From: Promethearchaeota archaeon
GTDB lineage: Archaea > Asgardarchaeota > Lokiarchaeia > Sigyniarchaeales > SOKP01
Assembly: GCA_048938855.1 (NCBI GenBank)
Contig: JBHLLT010000010.1
Location: 43,263 to 107,262, forward strand
DNA length: 64,000 nt
Direction: 5' to 3'
Position 1 is the first letter of the stretch, and every line of letters begins with the position of its first letter. The position numbers and the translations under genes are program-made. The notes below the pieces were generated by a model. That model did not search any database. It was not told the origin of the DNA and saw only the letters and a list, made by a program, of their open reading frames with translations. This document shows, piece by piece, positions 19,787 through 29,342 of the stretch.

Positions 19787-20650
19787 ATGAATATACTACA
19801 AAAATATGAAATAAAGGCAAAAAATAATCCACCCATAACTATTGGAATGGGATTTGGAAATTTTACATTTCATAGCCAGAAAATCATAGCTGCAAGTATA
19901 GATTTTCTAAAAAATTTTAACTCTAATATTTCTATTTATGGAAAAAAAGAAATTCTCCCAAAAAGCTTAAAGCAAATTTCAGAACGGACAGAGGTTTCAA
20001 GATTAAAATTTATTGAAAGCCAAGATCCCGAAAGAGCTGCAATTGAATCTTTAAAACAAAATTCTATTCAAGCTTTAATTAGAGGGTCCTTTAGTTCAAG
20101 CAAATTTTTAAAAAGTCTTAAAGATACTCTAAATATTACTGTAATCAATAGGCTAGCAATTTTAGAAACAGTAAAAGAGGATCAATTTTTCTACGGACCA
20201 GTTGGGATTGATGAATGTAATAATGTAGAAAATAAAATTACCTATATAGAAAATGCTCTTAAGGAATTTCAAGAAATTGAGATCGTACCTAAAATAAGTA
20301 TTTTGAGTGGTGGTAGGTTAAGTGATATTGGGCGAGATACTAAAGTTAACCAAACTATAAAAGATGCGATTAAAATCATTGATTCCTTGAAGAAAAAATA
20401 CCCCGAGTTAATGATCTCTCACAATGAAATATTAATTGAAGAAGCTCTTGAAAATGACTCAAACCTGATTATTGCCCCTGATGGAATATCTGGAAATTTA
20501 GTTTATCGTACGTTAGTTCATTTAGGCGGAGGAAAAGCTTATGGAGCGATTTACATGGGCATTGGAAAGCCTATAATTGATACATCACGAGTAGGAGATT
20601 ATTCTGAATTTTATGGCGCCCTAGTGTTAGCACTTGCTCTAAGTAACTAA
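19787..20650 (+). CDS. MtxX / methanogenesis marker 4 family (phosphotransacetylase-like fold)
   Basis: IRGS.SSS, PVGIDE, LSGGR..D.GR, IAPDGISGNL.YR.L.HLG.G, DTSR. Confidence 0.8.
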   Translation: MNILQKYEIKAKNNPPITIGMGFGNFTFHSQKIIAASIDFLKNFNSNISIYGKKEILPKSLKQISERTEVSRLKFIESQDPERAAIESLKQNSIQALIRGSFSSSKFLKSLKDTLNITVINRLAILETVKEDQFFYGPVGIDECNNVENKITYIENALKEFQEIEIVPKISILSGGRLSDIGRDTKVNQTIKDAIKIIDSLKKKYPELMISHNEILIEEALENDSNLIIAPDGISGNLVYRTLVHLGGGKAYGAIYMGIGKPIIDTSRVGDYSEFYGALVLALALSN

Positions 20651-20677
20651 TTTATCCTTAAATAATTAAATACTCAT

Positions 20678-21541
20678 TTAAAATTCATTAATTAACGTTG
20701 AATAATCTTTTTCTTCTTCCGATGCATGTAAGTACATAAGCAGTTCAGCTAATTCATTATCATTTTTCACTCCTGGAACCACAGTAGAGATTGCATTTTG
20801 AGAAAGTGTATAATTTAAACATTTAATTGGTGTTATGTCCGATGGAATTTTTTTTTTTAAACTAATGCCTCCAGATTGATATTTTGCTATAGTGACTGTA
20901 CGATTTCTTTGTAATAGTTTACCGCCAGCAAAAGGTTTTATCGCAACTAGACCAATATTTTTTTTATTACAAATAGCCAATAATTCACTTCTTTCCTTAA
21001 TATGGTGATTAACCATATTTATTTGTGTCATTATTATATCAAAATGACCACTCAATGCTGCTTTCTTACCTATAGCAGCATTATGAGTGCTCATCCCTAA
21101 ATATCTTACTTTTCCCTCTTTCTGTAATTTTTTAGCTAAATCTAATAATCCTCCAGAAGATATTATTGATTCATATTCTTTTTCTTTAACAAACTGTAAA
21201 TTAATAATATCAATATAATCCTTTCCAAATTTCGACAAATTTTTCACAAATATTTGTTCGCAATCTTTAATATTTCGTGATCTTTGCACTTTTCCATTTT
21301 CTTCAACTGAACCTAAATGGCAAGTGATAATTATATTATCTTTAAAATCTTTAATAGCAGAACAGATATTATCAATATACTCTGACACATTGAAAACAAT
21401 ATCAAAATAATTAATTCCATCCTCAATAGCTTTTTGTAATACAGAAACAACTGTTTTCTTAGGTTGTCTAAATAAATACTCAGTCCCTAGGCCAATCTCA
21501 CTAACTTTTAAATTTGTTCTTCCTAATGTACGAAATTTCAT
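20678..21541 (-). CDS. Aldo/keto reductase
   Basis: LGRTNLKVSEIGLG, GINYFD, GKVRYLG.STH, KPFAGG. Confidence 0.88.
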   Translation of the reverse strand: MKFRTLGRTNLKVSEIGLGTEYLFRQPKKTVVSVLQKAIEDGINYFDIVFNVSEYIDNICSAIKDFKDNIIITCHLGSVEENGKVQRSRNIKDCEQIFVKNLSKFGKDYIDIINLQFVKEKEYESIISSGGLLDLAKKLQKEGKVRYLGMSTHNAAIGKKAALSGHFDIIMTQINMVNHHIKERSELLAICNKKNIGLVAIKPFAGGKLLQRNRTVTIAKYQSGGISLKKKIPSDITPIKCLNYTLSQNAISTVVPGVKNDNELAELLMYLHASEEEKDYSTLINEF

Positions 21542-21616
21542 GCTAAATTTAGTATAAAATTAATAATCTCTGAAAATTTTTGAATAAGTGGAAAAAAAAG
21601 AAAATAATTTAGATAT

Positions 21617-21919
21617 TTAAGTAATTGCTCCAACAATTCCAGCAAGAAGCACAACTATGCCACCAATAAATACTGAAAATATTATTAAAAGAAGTCCTAT
21701 GATCCCCAGAACTGTAGGAGTATACTGAATTGGCTTTATACCCAATAAAATAGGCAGAATTGAGAGTAGAATTGCAATTAACTCAATTACCCATCCAAAA
21801 GACCAAAATTCGAAAATATTAATTGCATGTAATATAGATTCTATTAAAGCAATAACTCCCCCCGCAATTGCTACAATTCTCATGAATGTATCAGTTGCCT
21901 CCAACTTACTCCATACCAT
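21617..21919 (-). CDS. Small membrane protein
   Basis: 100 aa with 3-4 hydrophobic helices. Confidence 0.7.
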   Translation of the reverse strand: MVWSKLEATDTFMRIVAIAGGVIALIESILHAINIFEFWSFGWVIELIAILLSILPILLGIKPIQYTPTVLGIIGLLLIIFSVFIGGIVVLLAGIVGAIT

Positions 21920-22048
21920 TTTTTAATCAGCTTTATTTTTTATGTATTTTTAATCAAAAAGAAGATTAGATCTACTTATAAATTTTAACAAAATAATTAC
22001 GATTGCATTAATATACTAAAGAACATGATCTCTGTTAATATAAGAACT

Positions 22049-22261
22049 TTATTGAGAATATTTTTCTATAATATAATTTTGTAGAGAACATATATACTTC
22101 TCAAGATTTAAGCTCAAAATCCTCTGTTCCACTTCACGTAGGTATGTGACATCTAAGCAATTAAACAACTCTTTCAGCTTTTTAACTGTGTCAAATAATT
22201 CAACAATTGTATTCCAATCATGTGCCCATTCATAATCTTGAATATCTTCAACTTCTATGAT
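22049..22261 (-). CDS. Unannotated ~70-aa protein with a probable ATC/ATA start
   Basis: Reads (M)IEVEDIQDYEWAHDWNTIVELFDTVKKLKELFNCLDVTYLREVEQRILSLNLEKYICSLQNYIIEKYSQ*; GAGGT SD-like site at 22270-22274; in-frame TAA just upstream. Confidence 0.65.
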   Translation of the reverse strand: MIEVEDIQDYEWAHDWNTIVELFDTVKKLKELFNCLDVTYLREVEQRILSLNLEKYICSLQNYIIEKYSQ

Positions 22262-22398
22262 TTTTAATTACCTCTTTATCCTTTTTTGTTAATTATTGAG
22301 AGAATATGATAATTTATCATAAAAAGTATTTAGATACTCTTGGAAAAGTAATTTATTGTATTTTTAAGATTAGAGATAAAATCTACAATAAAATTATA

Positions 22399-22472
22399 TG
22401 GGAGAGGGGGGAATTGAACCCCCGACCACTCGGCCCCCAGCCGAGTATCATACCAAGCTAGACTACCCTCCC
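22399..22472 (-). tRNA. tRNA-Pro(GGG), no intron, CCA not encoded
   Basis: GGGAGGGTAGTCTAGCTTGGTATGATA-CTCGG-CT-GGG-GG-CCGAG-TGGTC-GGGGG-TTCAATT-CCCCC-CTCTCCC-A cloverleaf. Confidence 0.95.
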
Positions 22473-22682
22473 TTTATTGAATGGGTATCTCTCCTTAATG
22501 TCCTCATCAAAAGCCCTTTTTTAAAAAGAGATTTTTTTAATATAGTATGTAAAGAATAGTGAAAACTGGTAATTAAATCTTTTTTGAACATAATATTATA
22601 TTTAAAACCAATAATTTTTAAATTGCTTAAATAGTTTTATTTCTTATTATTCTCATCAAAAACTTATTTATTTGTAGACCTA

Positions 22683-22979
22683 ATGAGAACTAGAAAACCT
22701 TTTTTAATTTTTTGGCCTCAATATTTTGATGCTAAAAAAAGTCGGAGTGATGGACGACGACTTCCAAGGAAATTTGCAATAGATAAAGTAAATCTTGAAG
22801 AAATAGTGAAAGCCGCTAAAAATTTAGGTTATCATGCAGAAATCGAAAGAAATTATAAATATCCTAGAACATGGTGGGAAGATCCTGGAAGAGTAATAGT
22901 AGATGCGCAAGGGAAGAAAAAAAATAAGATAATGCTCGAAATTGCTAAAGAACTAAGAAAAATACAATTAAAAACTTAG
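22683..22979 (+). CDS. srp19: Signal recognition particle protein SRP19
   Basis: WPQYFDAKKSRSDGRRLP, YPRTWW..PGRV.V. Confidence 0.95.
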   Translation: MRTRKPFLIFWPQYFDAKKSRSDGRRLPRKFAIDKVNLEEIVKAAKNLGYHAEIERNYKYPRTWWEDPGRVIVDAQGKKKNKIMLEIAKELRKIQLKT

Positions 22980-22989
22980 AGATCCTACA

Positions 22990-23361
22990 ATGCACGAATT
23001 TGCCTTTGCTTATAATATTTTCAAAGTAGCTGAAGCTACAGCTATTAAATATAATGCGAAAAAAATTACTGAGGTTTTATTAGAAATTGGAGAATTAACT
23101 CTTATTGTTCCTGAACTTCTTCAACGTTCTTTTGAGATGGCCACCAAAGGTTCAATAGCAGAGGGTGCCATTTTGAGTATTAAAATTACTCCGGGTAAAA
23201 TAAAATGTCGAGATTGTAATCAAATCTCAGAAGTAAAGATAACTCGGGAATCAGAACTAACAGGGCTTCAATTATTTAAATGCTCTCATTGTGAAAGTAG
23301 TAATACGGAGATTATTGATGGTAAAAAGGCAAATGTGAAAAATATCAAAATTCAAGATTAG
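22990..23361 (+). CDS. hypA: Hydrogenase nickel metallochaperone HypA
   Basis: N-terminal MHE, IGELT, CRDC...CSHC. Confidence 0.93.
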   Translation: MHEFAFAYNIFKVAEATAIKYNAKKITEVLLEIGELTLIVPELLQRSFEMATKGSIAEGAILSIKITPGKIKCRDCNQISEVKITRESELTGLQLFKCSHCESSNTEIIDGKKANVKNIKIQD

Positions 23362-23393
23362 CTAATATAAAGTCTGGAATAATTACAGAAATT

Positions 23394-24122
23394 ATGCAAA
23401 ATATTAATATACTCTGGGAGGGGGAATTACTATTAGAATCTATCAAATGGAATAAAAAAAAACTCTATGAGTTCCGATTAACTTCTGAATATGATTCTAA
23501 AATACAATCATGTTGGGAGACCCACATTAAAGAGAAACCTAATGATTATGATGGAAAATTGCTTTTTCTAGATAGTTTTCATTTCAAGAACAAAAATCTT
23601 TATTTAAATACTAGTTGTATTAGGTTTTCTACCATTACATTCATGGAAAAAAATAAAATGAGAGTACAAAAAGGAATCGGTGTCCTTGGAACTCAGTATC
23701 TCATATATTCTCCTGATGGAAATTACTTTTTAGCAGGTGAACGTGCATTAAATTTATCGTATTTCCCAGGTGCGACAACTATTCCCGGAGGGATATTAGA
23801 AATTGAAGATTTAAATAGTCCACCAAACGAGTCACTTATAAGGGAACTTTATGAAGAGGTTTCCTTACCTTTTCAAGAAGATAAAATCCTTATTGCAATA
23901 TTAGAAGGCTGGAATGGAATTTCAGTCACATTTTTACTTAAAATAAAAATACATAATTCTTACAATTTTAAGCCCTATGAATCTTTATCTGCTGATAAGG
24001 ATGAATGGAATAATGGTTTAAGTTGGATGTCTGTTGCTGAATTAAAAAAAAAGACACAAACTCAATTTCTTGATGGATTAATCTATTATAAATCGAAAGT
24101 AATGGAAAATTCAATGAAATAA
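23394..24122 (+). CDS. NUDIX hydrolase family protein
   Basis: PGG....D......SLIRELYEEV Nudix-like box. Confidence 0.75.
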   Translation: MQNINILWEGELLLESIKWNKKKLYEFRLTSEYDSKIQSCWETHIKEKPNDYDGKLLFLDSFHFKNKNLYLNTSCIRFSTITFMEKNKMRVQKGIGVLGTQYLIYSPDGNYFLAGERALNLSYFPGATTIPGGILEIEDLNSPPNESLIRELYEEVSLPFQEDKILIAILEGWNGISVTFLLKIKIHNSYNFKPYESLSADKDEWNNGLSWMSVAELKKKTQTQFLDGLIYYKSKVMENSMK

Positions 24123-24141
24123 GAAAAAGTAGAATACTTAC

Positions 24142-24519
24142 CTAAACTAAGACACCATTAAGAACTCCATGTTGTCCAGGGCGGCTAGTAATTCTTGCAT
24201 TTCCCAGTTCTGTTTCAACAATAGCTCCTTTTGTTAAAACATGCCTTCGATTCAAATCCTTCGAAGCAATATTCTCTTCAAATCCTAAAATTCTAACTTT
24301 TTTAGTTTTATTGGTGCCTGGATCTGTGATATTGATATATTGTGTAGCAAATAATTTAAGTTTGAAATTGCCTCCCATTACCCTTTGTTTTTTCTTCTTT
24401 TCTTGACCAATTTCTGTATCAATACGTGGGCGTTCTAATTCTCGTTTTCGCTTCTTTCTGAAATGCCTGTATTTCTTCCCAGTGTATTTTCTTTTTGACC
24501 TTGCTTGAGATCGAGCCAT
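24142..24519 (-). CDS. rps8e: 30S ribosomal protein S8e
   Basis: RKKRKRELER, RVMGGN.K, LTKGAIVET, TSRPGQHG. Confidence 0.97.
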   Translation of the reverse strand: MARSQARSKRKYTGKKYRHFRKKRKRELERPRIDTEIGQEKKKKQRVMGGNFKLKLFATQYINITDPGTNKTKKVRILGFEENIASKDLNRRHVLTKGAIVETELGNARITSRPGQHGVLNGVLV

Positions 24520-24694
24520 TTTCGTTTACGCTATTCGAATTTAATAATTATCATAAGGAAGGATATCTTTAAAATTTTTTTAAAATTCATCTCAATTATG
24601 ATTTATTAAAGCAAAATAAATATAGACAAAATTTTTATTTAACATATAACATTAACATAGCTATATTCAATAAAATATTCTACTTTTACGCAAA

Positions 24695-25333
24695 ATGATG
24701 GAAAATAACAATAATCTTAGGCGTTTAGATCAAGAACAGATTGAAAAAATAATTCAAACTGGCACTACAACTGTGGGAATTATTATAAAAGATGGTGTAA
24801 TAATCGCAACTGATTCTCAGGCAACTGCAGGTACTTTTGTAGCTTCAAAACAAGCTCAGAAGTTATTTGAAATTAATAAATATACTGCTGCTACAATAGC
24901 TGGTGGAGTAGCAGATTGTCAATATGTTGTTAATCAGTTACAAGCCTTATCGAGGTTAAAAGAAGTTGAACAAGAACTTGTACCTGAACCAAAATATATA
25001 GCTAGGATTTGCCGTAATATATTATTCAGTGGACGTTCTTATTTTCTTGCTATGATGATAGTAGGTGGGTATTCCCAAAAAGAAAGTTCTGGGATGCTCT
25101 ATGGAATTGACTTATTAGGTACACTTTATGAAGAATCAGACTATTTATCTTTTGGTTCTGGTAGTCCTTTTAGTCTTGGTGTGTTGGAGTCAGACTGGAA
25201 ACCAAATTTAACAAAAGCAAAGGGAATTGAGCTTATGAAAACAGCTATAAGTGCATCTCGTGAGAGAGACGCTGGATCGGGATATGAACTCCAAATGTGT
25301 ACTATAGACAAAGATGGTTATAAACAAATATAA
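24695..25333 (+). CDS. psmB: Proteasome subunit beta
   Basis: Propeptide ending TG|TTTVG, DSQAT, AGGVAD, GSGS, RDAGSG. Confidence 0.95.
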   Translation: MMENNNNLRRLDQEQIEKIIQTGTTTVGIIIKDGVIIATDSQATAGTFVASKQAQKLFEINKYTAATIAGGVADCQYVVNQLQALSRLKEVEQELVPEPKYIARICRNILFSGRSYFLAMMIVGGYSQKESSGMLYGIDLLGTLYEESDYLSFGSGSPFSLGVLESDWKPNLTKAKGIELMKTAISASRERDAGSGYELQMCTIDKDGYKQI

Positions 25334-25353
25334 GAACTAAGAATAAGATAATA

Positions 25354-25845
25354 TCATTTCTCTCCAACTTTTACTGCAACTTTATATAGTTCTTTATTAA
25401 TAAAAATAAAACCATTTAGCTCTTTACTTTTAGCATTCATAATTGTCCAGATTATATGCTTAAATGTTGTTCTTTCACTGTTATAATAACCTTCTATATA
25501 AGGTAAATCAATACCACTTGGATAGGCACTCCCCGGATGAGAATGAAAAATACTAAACATCTGATAATTATAATTTTTAGCATATGAATAGGAGATATTA
25601 AATATCCTCTCATAATCATCCATTAAGAAAGCGACTGGATTTTTGTGAGAAGATTCAATACATTCGAACTTATATGCGTTGTAATGATAAGAAAATTCAT
25701 TCTCTCTGTTGGGTATTTTTCTTTCTTCTATTTTTCCAAAAATTAAACCACATGCCTCATTAGGAGTAGCTTTCTTAACACATTGTATAATTTCTACAAC
25801 AATTTTATCATCAATATATAGAATGATATCCTTTTCATACTTCAA
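25354..25845 (-). CDS. JAMM/MPN+ metalloisopeptidase
   Basis: PNEACGL.FG and FHSHPGSAYPSGID (E-xn-HxH-x7-S-x2-D). Confidence 0.9.
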   Translation of the reverse strand: MKYEKDIILYIDDKIVVEIIQCVKKATPNEACGLIFGKIEERKIPNRENEFSYHYNAYKFECIESSHKNPVAFLMDDYERIFNISYSYAKNYNYQMFSIFHSHPGSAYPSGIDLPYIEGYYNSERTTFKHIIWTIMNAKSKELNGFIFINKELYKVAVKVGEK

Positions 25846-25865
25846 TTAATGAGATCACCCCATTA

Positions 25866-26537
25866 TTATAATAATGTTAGAGCAGCATTTAAAGCAGCTA
25901 ATCTAGCACTTTCAGGATTATCTCCTAATCCTATAATTATGACATCATTTTTCTTAAGGTGAATTCCTTTATTATGGATAATCGAGGTAATATACTCAAA
26001 AACCTTATCTGAAACTACCTCTTCTTCTTTGGTATCAGAAAGGGAGTATGAGGGAAATATTAAGTCTTCCCCATTATAGAGTAAACAAGTAGCTCCATCA
26101 CCTCCAATTTTAACAGCAGCATCTCTTTGTTCAATTCCATATGTTATTTTGTCAGTTGCATTTCTTACAAAACAAAAGTAAGAATTTTTACCTTCTGATT
26201 TAATAACAATATCCTTAATAATTGTAGAATCTCCTTTCTCTATTATAGGAAATTTCGCTCTAATTTTTTTAACAAATTCTAGGCCAATATTAGTAAGAAT
26301 ATGCCCTTTTATTATATTATCTTCTGTCAAAACTTTTATAAAATTTAAGTCCTCGTTCAATTTTCTGATAAGAGATTTTGCCGTCCCAGAACCAAGTGAT
26401 AATTCTTTTTGCAAACGATATCTACCAATCCCATCTTTATTTTCCTCAAATAGGAAAAGAGCTAAAATAACATGGACTAACTCAAAAGATGGTTTAATTG
26501 TTGGTGAATGCCATAAAGGGTCTAATTCTTCAAACAT
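25866..26537 (-). CDS. Winged-helix plus DUF4443-like archaeal protein
   Basis: IGRYRL..EL.LG.GT, GH.LT..G, GIEQRDAAVK.G..GAT. Confidence 0.75.
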   Translation of the reverse strand: MFEELDPLWHSPTIKPSFELVHVILALFLFEENKDGIGRYRLQKELSLGSGTAKSLIRKLNEDLNFIKVLTEDNIIKGHILTNIGLEFVKKIRAKFPIIEKGDSTIIKDIVIKSEGKNSYFCFVRNATDKITYGIEQRDAAVKIGGDGATCLLYNGEDLIFPSYSLSDTKEEEVVSDKVFEYITSIIHNKGIHLKKNDVIIIGLGDNPESARLAALNAALTLL

Positions 26538-26662
26538 ATTACAATCAAGTATAATTAATATAAGTTTATAAAAAAATATAAATCAGAATACAATTTAATT
26601 AAATATCAATATTCCGAAATTTCAATTTCGACTTCAAAAAAAAGATATAATTATCTAATAAA

Positions 26663-27652
26663 ATGGCGAAAAAAGAGATTAACAAAAGCCCGCTTAAAGC
26701 GCATGATTTAGTTCTTTTTAAAACTGAAGAGACGCCTAAAACAAAAGAAGTCGATACATATTCTTTTGAGAAAGTTAATCAAGAAGATAAAATCAAATTA
26801 ACAACAGACTTTAGACCTTTTAGTAATCATATCCAATACTCCATTTTTATTGATAACCAAAGTTTAGCACCAATTAGTGAAGTGAAAATTAAAATAAAAT
26901 TCCCTGAATTTTTCACGTTTTTAAGATATTATCCATCTACAATAAATACTCCAAATATAAAGATTGAGAGAAATGTTAAACAAATTAATTTTGAATTTGA
27001 TGAATTAAATGAAAATAGCAATAAACAAATTCATTTTCATTTCACTCCAACTTCCCTAGATAATACTGGAGAAATAAGAACAATAATAACCTATGTGAAT
27101 AACAAAGACACTGTTAGAGTGCTTGATTCAAGACCTACAGAAATAAAAGTTGATGGCGTAATAATTGAACCTAAAGTAGTGCCTTCAAGTTTCATCAGAG
27201 AGTTCTTTCAACAACCAGGAATTAAAAAAGCTATAAAAAGTATCGGTATCGGAACTGTACATCCAATTGATCACGAATTAATTTTTGAGATATTAGCACA
27301 TCTTTTTTATATTAGAAATTTTCAGTTAGTAGCAAAAGATCCTCAAAAAAAGATATTGTGGTTTTTTGGAACAGAATCACTCATTAGGGAGGACGTATTA
27401 GTAATTGGTCAGATTATATCGAATAAAATTGAGTTTATTGCATCATCCCTAAATCATTACCTATTAATCTCACTTTTAACGCAGATTTCAATTGATTTTA
27501 AAGATCTTCTAATTTCAAATGAAATTATAACATCTAATGATGATATTTATGATTTAGAATGTAGAAATTGTGGCTCGATTTTTCCTTATTTTCCACGAAA
27601 GAATGAATCAGTTGTGTGTAAAAACTGTAATTATGAACAAGTTATATGGTAG
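26663..27652 (+). CDS. Hypothetical protein: Ig-like sandwich plus alpha/beta platform (adaptin-appendage-like) plus zinc ribbon
   Basis: YSIFIDNQS.APISEVKIKIKFP...IHFHFTP...IITYVN followed by an alpha/beta segment; CRNC/CKNC. Confidence 0.55.
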   Translation: MAKKEINKSPLKAHDLVLFKTEETPKTKEVDTYSFEKVNQEDKIKLTTDFRPFSNHIQYSIFIDNQSLAPISEVKIKIKFPEFFTFLRYYPSTINTPNIKIERNVKQINFEFDELNENSNKQIHFHFTPTSLDNTGEIRTIITYVNNKDTVRVLDSRPTEIKVDGVIIEPKVVPSSFIREFFQQPGIKKAIKSIGIGTVHPIDHELIFEILAHLFYIRNFQLVAKDPQKKILWFFGTESLIREDVLVIGQIISNKIEFIASSLNHYLLISLLTQISIDFKDLLISNEIITSNDDIYDLECRNCGSIFPYFPRKNESVVCKNCNYEQVIW

Positions 27653-27720
27653 ATTTATGAATAAGGGATATATAAAAAACTTAAAATATAGATATTCGTG
27701 GTCTTAATCGTATTTTTTTA

Positions 27721-28341
27721 TTAGGGTACAGGTAAGACAATTGGACCTATCCAATAGTTCCAAAACAAGTACCCCAAAATACCACCAGTAATTCCTCCAA
27801 TTAAGATGATATATCTTTGAAATCGGGGTATATAATAAAGAGCAATTATAATAAAAGCCAAAGCAACAACTGCACTTCCATACATTAATAAATCAGGATT
27901 TATATGTAAATAATCACGAGCAATTTTAGCCTCATCCGCACTACTTGAGTTGCCCAGAAGTGTTGTATTAATAAAATACCATCCAGCATTAAAAATAAAC
28001 CGGATACAAAAAGATGTAGCAGTAATGGAAAGAATCTGACCGATTCCTATAGTCTTTTCGTCTTCACTATGCATATGCCTATATTTTATAAGAATAACGG
28101 TAATACCTACAATTGATACTAACCATGAACTTATTGGACCACCCATTAAAAACCAAAATCTTTGAACTGCTGTTAAAGGACCATAATAAAAAGTGTATGC
28201 ATATGCTATTCGAGCAGGAACTCCATAAATAACCGCTACGATATAGTGCCCAAATTCGTGCACAAGAGTCCCAATAATAAGAACAATAAAAAATATCCCC
28301 AGATATGTGAAAAACCAGTTTATATGTTTATGTCTATTCAT
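27721..28341 (-). CDS. M50-like membrane zinc metalloprotease
   Basis: HEFGH within a TM segment, MGGP, downstream Asp (SADE). Confidence 0.75.
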   Translation of the reverse strand: MNRHKHINWFFTYLGIFFIVLIIGTLVHEFGHYIVAVIYGVPARIAYAYTFYYGPLTAVQRFWFLMGGPISSWLVSIVGITVILIKYRHMHSEDEKTIGIGQILSITATSFCIRFIFNAGWYFINTTLLGNSSSADEAKIARDYLHINPDLLMYGSAVVALAFIIIALYYIPRFQRYIILIGGITGGILGYLFWNYWIGPIVLPVP

Positions 28342-28960
28342 TATTTCTCTAGTTAAGTAATCTTTGCATTTAGTTTGAATTTAAATTTAGATAGAATTTG
28401 AATATTGAATTATCCTATTAAAAGTTTAATGATTTACCAAATCATTTTTCATATTTCATTGAAAAAATAGATAAGAAAATTGGTGTTTAGTTTTATTTTA
28501 AGAGTTATCTAAGTTATGACTTAATCAATTAATTAAATCTTTTATTTTGATGAAATAGTCTATATATTTAACTTCAGAAACCCTAAACTCCCAAATTTTT
28601 TAAAAGGGTCAAATAGTATATTATCAAAAATTTCTTAATATAGCGTTTCAAAATTTGAATATTTTCGCCCAATCTTTTTCAATTTCGATAATATTTATTA
28701 ATATGAGAAAATTTATGAAGATATTACGTGTTATATTTCTAAAATTCAACATAAATTCAATAACCGCAAAAAAGTATTAACTTTCACGAGATTGATCATC
28801 TTCTTGATTCTGAATTTTGTCGTTCAACTTTTTCTAGTTTATTCTCCATAAAATTAAGTATGAACAAAAATCTTTAAATATATAAAAGCTATATATCTAT
28901 ATAACAAACTCTTAAAAAATACTAAATTTCAACAAAAATTTAAAAAATTAATAATATAGT

Positions 28961-28965
28961 GGAGG
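28961..28965 (+). promoter_or_regulatory. Shine-Dalgarno site of the histone gene
   Basis: GGAGG 8 nt upstream of ATG 28974. Confidence 0.7.
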
Positions 28966-28973
28966 AATAACAA

Positions 28974-29183
28974 ATGTCTGAATATATTAGTTGGAGTCCC
29001 ATTAGAAGATTAATGAAACATAATGGTGCTATAATTGTTGCTCGAGATGCAGTAGATGAATTAGTTGATTGGATGGGTCAATCAGCAACTAAAATCACAA
29101 AAACTGCATTATCATTAACAAAACACGCCAAAAGGAAGAAAGTTACTCGGGATGACATCTTATTAGCCATTAAATACTTCTAA
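28974..29183 (+). CDS. Archaeal histone (HMf-fold)
   Basis: PIRRLMK..GA..V..DA ... HAKRKKV...DI.LA histone-fold signature, 69 aa. Confidence 0.93.
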   Translation: MSEYISWSPIRRLMKHNGAIIVARDAVDELVDWMGQSATKITKTALSLTKHAKRKKVTRDDILLAIKYF

Positions 29184-29342
29184 ATTCTTTAGAACTTAAT
29201 TTACTAACTTATCTTTTCTTTTTTTTTTAATTACTTTTTCCTAACAAAATCTGAAATTTTTTTTTTTAAAAATTAATTTAAACACAAACATTAAAAAATT
29301 ATACAATAAACATAATCTACAATAGTTTAATTGTGATTTGAA

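Noticed and set aside
22475-22530. C/D box sRNA in the tRNA-Pro leader (TGATGA on the minus strand)
   Set aside because: No matching CTGA box D
28342-28960. Replication origin or CRISPR array in the long AT-rich spacer
   Set aside because: No ORB-like repeats, no adjacent cdc6 and no regularly spaced repeats seen
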